Shown in pieces: positions 54,566 through 64,000 of a stretch of DNA of 64,000 bases. The DNA is from the human T2T-CHM13v2.0 reference genome, Homo sapiens. A model generated the notes under the pieces. The model was not told where the DNA came from, did not search any database, and worked only from the letters and a program-made list of their open reading frames with translations. Position 1 is the first letter of the stretch, and every line of letters begins with the position of its first letter. Position numbers and translations under genes: made by a program. The stretch lies in NCBI RefSeq assembly GCF_009914755.1, contig NC_060948.1; one strand, 5' to 3'.

Positions 54566-56692
54566 AGATCCATATTTTTTAAATGAAAAAAAATTTCAAA
54601 GGTACTCTGCTTGGTACAATAATCAAATGTATAAACTGAGGAATAAAACATAACCATGAAACCTACTTATAACTGCATATGGAAAATACAGAGGATAATT
54701 TTTTAAATAACATATTTTGAAAGCCTTAACTAGTAATTTGAAGAGTTGGCATTTGAAAGGCCAGTATGAATATACCTTCAATGCAGCAACACAGGTTCCC
54801 CATGAGAAAAAGCAAACACAGGGAAAATAAAAACACAAAGGTTCAATCTCTTCTGACCTTTGAAAGACACAGCACAGACAGTGGTCCTTAGGACGAAGAG
54901 CAGGAGACCCCTAATTCCGTCACCATGGCGATAGTGCATAAACATTGCTGGGTGAGGGCACAATCCACATTGTGAGGTCCAACTGCTGCCAGGAAGACAG
55001 GAGTGCTTTTACATAGACCGAAAGGTCATTGAAGGCTCAGAGTTTTGTTTCAAGAACTGAATCCCAAGCCCACACGTTATTAGGCTGCGCTTCTTAAAAC
55101 AAGTTATGAGATGGGAAAAAGGGCACCCACAAACATACGTATACATTATGTATATAATAATATACAGTGTCATATATATAACATATATAACCTATGTATA
55201 ATATTGTTTTACATCCTGCATCTTATGTTATATATATTGTATAAAATATAATAATTGATAATATATAACTTTTATAATTATACAATATGACATATAGTAT
55301 ATATTATAATTTATGACATATATAATATATGTTATATATCATATACAGAATATATTATACGGTTAATATACGTATTAAATATAAATTATACATTATATAT
55401 ATTATATATAATATATCTGTTATATATAATACCCATTATGCATAATATATATATTATGTCTATGTTATATATAGTATAAAACAACATATAATAATATATA
55501 ATTGTATATATAAATGCGACATATAATATATATTATATTTTAAAACATATGTAATATATATTATATATTATATATAATACGTTGTATGTATAATACCTAT
55601 ATTAAATATATATTATATGACTATGTTATTAATTACATGTCACATGTGTTATATATTATATATTTTACATAGAATATACCGGTTACATACAATATATACC
55701 ATGTTACCTATAATGTATAATTTATTACATGTAAAATAAAGAATGCAATATATTATGTATAATTTATAATATACAATATGTGGAATGTGATATATATAAC
55801 ATATAATATATGATATATGATATACAGTATATGATATATAACATACAATATATGATTCCTAATATATATGGTATACAATATATATTTTATGATATGTATT
55901 CTATATGTTTTATATTCTGTTATATATAACTATTTGAAATTATATATAACTGTATAATATTTTATGTAAATATGTAATATAATATATATAACTATATAAT
56001 ATATTATATATAACTATATATTATGTTATATATACTTTTATAACATAATTTACATAAAATATCATAATATAATATATATTATATTATTTCATATTACATA
56101 ATATATATTACATATCACCCAATATAATTAACATACATAATATTATAATATAGATTATATTATGTTATATTAAATATCATATATATCATGTATCATATAT
56201 TCTATAATATATATTACACATTATATAATATGTATGTTGTCTATTATGTGATATATATAACTATATATATAATTAAATTTTTATACATATAACTAGATAA
56301 ACATGTAATTCTACATATTTTCATTTATAATATGTAGAAGTATATAATCATATATAATTATTTATATTCTATAAAAAATTTTATCATTATATAAATTATA
56401 ATATATAAAAATTATAATATGTACTACAAATATATATATTATATATCATATATGATATAGTACCTTTGTTATATATCATAATACATATAAATGTGTATTA
56501 TGTTATCTATAATTATATAATTTCATATATAAGATGTATAATATGTATCATATATTATATATGTTATGTAATATATATAGTGTATATAAGATGACACAGG
56601 ATAAATATTATATACTATGACATATAAAATATATGAGGTTATATGTTACATATAAGGCATAGCACATAACATGTAATATATATCATATATAA

Positions 56693-56984
56693 TTTTTTTT
56701 TAGACAGAATCTTGTCCTGTTGCACAGGGTGGGGTACAATGGCGCCATCTTTGCTCACTGCAACTTCTGCCTCACGGGTCCAAGCGATGGTCCTCCCTCA
56801 GCCTCCCAGGTAGCTGGGACTACACCACACTGGGACTACACCAGCTGCCACCATGCCTAGCTAATTTTTTGGATTTTTAGTAGTGACAGCGTTTCACTGT
56901 ATTGGCCAGGATGGTCTTGATCTCTTCACCTTGTGATCCCCTTGCCTTGGCCTCCAAATTTGCTGGGATTACAGGCCTGAGCCA
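56693..56984 (-). mobile_element. Alu, unit 24
   Basis: Tandem copy of the unit Alu. Confidence 0.92.
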
Positions 56985-59112
56985 AGATCCATATTTTTTA
57001 AATGAAAGAAAATTTCAAAGGTACTCTGCTTGGTACAATAATCAAATGTATAAACTGAGGAATAAAACATAACCATGAAACCTACTTATAACTGCATATG
57101 GAAAATACAGAGGATAATTTTTTAAATAACATATTTTGAAAGCCTTAACTGGTAATTTGAAGAGTTGGCATTTGAAAGGCCAGTATGAATATACCTTCAA
57201 AGCAGCAACACAGGTTCCCCATGAGAAAAAGCAAACACAGGGAAAATAAAAACACAAAGGTTCAATCTCTTCTGACCTTTGAAAGACACAGCACAGACAG
57301 TGGTCCTTAGGACGAAGAGCAGGAGACCCCTAATTCCGTCACCATGGCGATAGTGCATAAACATTGCTGGGTGAGGGCACAATCCACATTGTGAGGTCCA
57401 ACTGCTGCCAGGAAGACAGGAGTGCTTTTACATAGACCGAAAGGTCATTGAAGGCTCAGAGTTTTGTTTCAAGAACTGAATCTCAAGCCCACACGTTATT
57501 AGGCTGCGCTTCTTAAAACAAGTTATGAGATGGGAAAAAGGGCACCCACAAACATACGTATACATTATGTATATAATAATATACAGTGTCATATATATAA
57601 TATATATAACCTATGTATAATATTGTTTTACATCCTGCATCTTATGTTATATATATTGTATAAAATATAATAATTGATAATATATAACTTTTATAATTAT
57701 ACAATATGACATATAGTATATATTATAATTTATGACATATATAATATATGTTATATATCATATACAGAATATATTATACGGTTAATATACGTATTAAATA
57801 TAAATTATACATTATATATATTATATATAATATATCTGTTATATATAATACCCATTATGCATAATATATATATTATGTCTATGTTATATATAGTATAAAA
57901 CAACATATAATAATATATAATTGTATATATAAAATGCGACATATAATATATATTATATTTTATAACATATGTAATATATATTATATATTATATATAATAC
58001 GTTGTATGTATAATACCTATATTAAATATATATTATATGACTATGTTATTAATTACATGTCACATGTGTTATATATTATATATTTTACATAGAATATACC
58101 GGTTACATACAATATATACCATGTTACCTATAATGTATAATTTATTACATGTAAAATAAAGAATGCAATATATTATGTATAATTTATAATATACAATATG
58201 TGGAATGTGATATATATAACATATAATATATGATATATGATATACAGTATATGATATATAACATACAATATATGATTCTTAATATATATGGTATACAATA
58301 TATATTTTATGATATGTATTCTATATGTTTTATATTCTGTTATATATAACTATTTGAAATTATATATAACTGTATAATATTTTATGTAAATATGTAATAT
58401 AATATATATAACTATATAATATATTATATATAACTATATATTATGTTATATATACTTTTATAACATAATTTACATAAAATATCATAATATAATATATATT
58501 ATATTATTTCATATTACATAATATATATTACATATCACCCAATATAACTAACATACATAATATTATAATATAGATTATATTATGTTATATTAAATATCAT
58601 ATATATCATGTATCATATATTCTATAATATATATTACACATTATATAATATGTATGTTGTCTATTATGTGATATATATAACTCTATATATAATTATATTT
58701 TTATACATATAACTAGATAAACATGTAATTCTACATATTTTCATTTATAATATGTAGAAGTATATAATCATATATAATTATTTATATTCTATAAAAAATT
58801 TTATCATTATATAAATTATACTATATAAAAATTATAATATGTAATACAAATATATATATTATATATCATATATGATATAGTACCTTTGTTATATATCATA
58901 ATACATATAAATGTGTATTATGTTATCTATAATTATATAATTTCATATATAAGATGTATAATATGTATCATATATTATATATGTTATGTAATATATATAG
59001 TATATATAAGATGACACAGGATAAATATTATATACTATGACATATAAAATATATGAGCTTATATTTTACATATAAGGCATAGCACATAACATGTAATATA
59101 TATCATATATAA

Positions 59113-59403
59113 TTTTTTTTAGACAGAATCTTGTCCTGTTGCACAGGGTGGGGTACAATGGCGCCATCTTTGCTCACTGCAACTTCTGCCTCACGGGTCC
59201 AAGCGATGGTCCTCCCTCAGCCTCCCAGGTAGCTGGGACTACACCACACTGGGACTACACCAGCTGCCACCATGCCTAGCTAATTTTTTGGATTTTTAGT
59301 AGTGACAGCGTTTCACTGTATTGGCCAGGATGGTCTTGATCTCTTCACCTTGTGATCCCCTTGCCTTGGCCTCCAAATTTGCTGGGATTACAGGCCTGAG
59401 CCA
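59113..59403 (-). mobile_element. Alu, unit 25
   Basis: Tandem copy of the unit Alu (T8 tail). Confidence 0.92.
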
Positions 59404-61530
59404 AGATCCATATTTTTTAAATGAAAAAAAATTTCAAAGGTACTCTGCTTGGTACAATAATCAAATGTATAAACTGAGGAATAAAACATACCCATGAAAC
59501 CTACTTATAACTGCATATGGAAAATACAGAGGATAATTTTTTAAATAACATATTTTGAAAGCCTTAACTAGTAATTTGAAGAGTTGGCATTTGAAAGGCC
59601 AGTATGAATATACCTTCAATGCAGCAACACAGGTTCCCCATGAGAAAAAGCAAACACAGGGAAAATAAAAACACAAAGGTTCAATCTCTTCTGACCTTTG
59701 AAAGACACAGCACAGACAGTGGTCCTTAGGACGAAGAGCAGGAGACCCCTAATTCCGTCACCATGGCGATAGTGCATAAACATTGCTGGGTGAGGGCACA
59801 ATCCACATTGTGAGGTCCAACTGCTGCCAGGAAGACAGGAGTGCTTTTACATAGACCGAAAGGTCATTGAAGGCTCAGAGTTTTGTTTCAAGAACTGAAT
59901 CCCAAGCCCACACGTTATTAGGCTGCGCTTCTTAAAACAAGTTATGAGATGGGAAAAAGGGCACCCACAAACATACGTATACATTATGTATATAATAATA
60001 TACAGTGTCATATATATAATATATATAACCTATGTATAATATTGTTTTACATCCTGCATCTTATGTTATATATATTGTATAAAATATAATAATTGATAAT
60101 ATATAACTTTTATAATTATACAATATGACATATAGTATATATTATAATTTATGACATATATAATATATGTTATATATCATATACAGAATATATTATACGG
60201 TTAATATTGGTATTAAATATAAATTATACATTATATATATTATATATAATATATCTGTTATATATAATACCCATTATGCATAATATATATATTATGTCTA
60301 TGTTATATATAGTATAAAACAACATATAATAATATATAATTGTATATATAAATGTGACATATAATATATATTATATTTTATAACATATGTAATATATATT
60401 ATATATTATATATAATACGTTGTATGTATAATACCTATTTTAAATATATATTATATGACTATGTTATTAATTACATGTCACATGTGTTATATATTATATA
60501 TTTTACATAGAATATACCGGTTACATACAATATATACCATGTTACCTATAATGTATAATTTATTACATGTAAAATAAAGAATGCAATATATTATGTATAA
60601 TTTATAATATACAATATGTGGAATGTGATATATATAACATATAATATATGATATATGATATACAGTATATGATATATAACATACAATATATGATTCCTAA
60701 TATATATGGTATACAATATATATTTTATGATATGTATTCTATATGTTTTATATTCTGTTATATATAACTATTTGAAATTATATATAACTGTATAATATTT
60801 TATGTAAATATGTAATATAATATATATAACTATATAATATATTATATATAACTATATATTATGTTATATATACTTTTATAACATAATTTACATAAAATAT
60901 CATAATATAATATATATTATATTATTTCATATTACATAATATATATTACATATCACCCAATATAATTAACATACATAATATTATAATATTGATTATATTA
61001 TGTTATATTAAATATCATATATATCATGTATCATATATTCTATAATATATATTACACATTATATAATATGTATGTTGTCTATTATGTGATATATATAACT
61101 ATATATATAATTAAATTTTTATACATATAACTAGATAAACATGTAATTCTACATATTTTCATTTATAATATGTAGAAGTATATAATCATATATAATTATT
61201 TATATTCTATAAAAAATTTTATCATTATATAAATTATAATATATAAAAATTATAATATGTACTACAAATATATATATTATATATCATATAGGATATAGTA
61301 CCTTTGTTATATATCATAATACATATAAATGTGTATTATGTTATCTATAATTATATAATTTCATATATAAGATGTATAATATGTATCATATATTATATAT
61401 GTTATGTAATATATATAGTGTATATAACATGACACAGGATAAATATTATATACTATGACATATAAAATATATGAGGTTATATGTTACATATAAGGCATAG
61501 CACATAACATGTAATATATATCATATATAA

Positions 61531-61822
61531 TTTTTTTTTAGACAGAATCTTGTCCTGTTGCACAGGGTGGGGTACAATGGCGCCATCTTTGCTCACTGCA
61601 ACTTCTGCCTCACGGGTCCAAGCGATGGTCCTCCCTCAGCCTCCCAGGTAGCTGGGACTACACCACACTGGGACTACACCAGCTGCCACCATGCCTAGCT
61701 AATTTTTTGGATTTTTAGTAGTGACAGCGTTTCACTGTATTGGCCAGGATGGTCTTGATCTCTTCACCTTGTGATCCCCTTGCCTTGGCCTCCAAATTTG
61801 CTGGGATTACAGGCCTGAGCCA
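61531..61822 (-). mobile_element. Alu, unit 26
   Basis: Tandem copy of the unit Alu. Confidence 0.92.
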
Positions 61823-63949
61823 AGATCCATATTTTTTAAATGAAAGAAAATTTCAAAGGTACTCTGCTTGGTACAATAATCAAATGTATAAACTGAGGAA
61901 TAAAACATAACCATGAAACCTACTTATAACTGCATATGGAAAATACAGAGGATAATTTTTTAAATAACATATTTTGAAAGCCTTAACTAGTAATTTGAAG
62001 AGTTGGCATTTGAAAGGCCAGTATGAATATACCTTCAAAGCAGCAACACAGGTTCCCCATGAGAAAAAGCAAACACAGGGAAAATAAAAACACAAAGGTT
62101 CAATCTCTTCTGACCTTTGAAAGACACAGCACAGACAGTGGTCCTTAGGACGAAGAGCAGGAGACCCCTAATTCCGTCACCATGGCGATAGGGCATAAAC
62201 ATTGCTGGGTGAGGGCACAATCCACATTGTGAGGTCCAACTGCTGCCAGGAAGACAGGAGTGCTTTTACATAGACCGAAAGGTCATTGAAGGCTCAGAGT
62301 TTTGTTTCAAGAACTGAATCCCAAGCCCACACGTTATTAGGCTGCGCTTCTTAAAACAAGTTATGAGATGGGAAAAAGGGCACCCACAAACATACGTATA
62401 CATTATGTATATAATAATATACAGTGTCATATATATAATATATATAACCTATGTATAATATTGTTTTACATCCTGCATCTTATGTTATATATATTGTATA
62501 AAATATAATAATTGATAATATATAAGTTTTATAATTATACAATATGACATATAGTATATATTATAATTTATGACATATATAATATATGTTATATATCATA
62601 TACAGAATATATTATACGGTTAATATACGTATTAAATATAAATTATACATTATATATATTATATATAATATATCTGTTATATATAATACCCATTATGCAT
62701 AATATATATATTATGTCTATGTTATATATAGTATAAAACAACATATAATAATATATAATTGTATATATAAATGCGACATATAATATATATTATATTTTAT
62801 GACATATGTAATATATATTATATATTATATATAATACGTTGTATGTATAATACCTATATTAAATATATATTATATGACTATGTTATTAATTACATGTCAC
62901 ATGTGTTATATATTATATATTTTACATAGAATATACCGGTTACATACAATATATACCATGTTACCTATAATGTATAATTTATTACATGTAAAATAAAGAA
63001 TGCAATATATTATGTATAATTTATAATATACAATATGTGGAATGTGATATATATAACATATATTATATGATATATGATATACAGTATATGATATATAACA
63101 TACAATATATGATTCCTAATATATATGGTATACAATATATATTTTATGATATGTATTCTATATGTTTTATATTCTGTTATATATAACTATTTGAAATTAT
63201 ATATAACTGTATAATATTTTATGTAAATATGTAATATAATATATATAACTATATCATATATTATATATAACTATATATTATGTTATATATACTTTTATAA
63301 CATAATTTACATAAAATATCATAATATAATATATATTATATTATTTCATATTACATAATATATATTACATATCACCCAATATAACTAACATACATAATAT
63401 TATAATATAGATTATATTATGTTATATTAAATATCATATATATCATGTATCATATATTCTATAATATATATTACACATTATATAATATGTATGTTGTCTA
63501 TTATGTGATATATATAACTCTATATATAATTATATTTTTATACATATAACTAGATAAACATGTAATTCTACATATTTTCATTTATAATATGTAGAATTAT
63601 ATAATCATATATAATTATTTATATTCTATAAAAAATTTTATCATTATATAAATTATAATATATAAAAATTATAATATGTACTACAAATATATATATTATA
63701 TATCATATATGATATAGTACCTTTGTTATATATCATAATACATATAAATGTGTATTATGTTATCTATAATTATATAATTTCATATATAAGATGTATAATA
63801 TGTATCATATATTATATATGTTATGTAATATATATAGTATATATAAGATGACACAGGATAAATATTATATACTATGACATATAAAATATATGAGGTTATA
63901 TGTTACATATAAGGCATAGCACATAACATGTAATATATATCATATATAA

Positions 63950-64000
63950 TTTTTTTTTAGACAGAATCTTGTCCTGTTGCACAGGGTGGGGTACAATGGC
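63950..64000 (-). mobile_element. Alu 3' end, unit 27, cut by window edge
   Basis: T9 followed by agacagaatcttgtcctgttgcacagggtggggtacaatggc. Confidence 0.88.

Overview
This window is primate, most likely human, heterochromatic satellite DNA with no credible genes. Bases 1-~329 are the end of a diverged (GGAAT)n HSat3/DYZ1-type array. From ~330 to the end is an uninterrupted head-to-tail array of the ~2.42-kb DYZ2/HSat1B composite repeat. Each unit has a ~1.56-kb AT-rich segment, a ~290-bp minus-strand Alu, and a ~570-bp HSATI-like segment. There are 26 complete Alu+HSATI cassettes and a 27th Alu cut by the window edge. The HSat3/HSat1B juxtaposition and a predicted ~2.15-kb HaeIII fragment point to a DYZ1/DYZ2 boundary in Yq12, though an acrocentric HSat1B array is not excluded from sequence alone. 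All listed ORFs are repeat-derived. I found no evidence of a new coding or defence system. The noteworthy content is array evolution: a boundary unit with a ~767-bp deletion, a 16-bp VNTR inside the Alu, multi-unit duplications at 2-, 4-, 5- and 9-unit spacing, and three variant-defined sub-domains. All comparisons were made by eye and need alignment to confirm.
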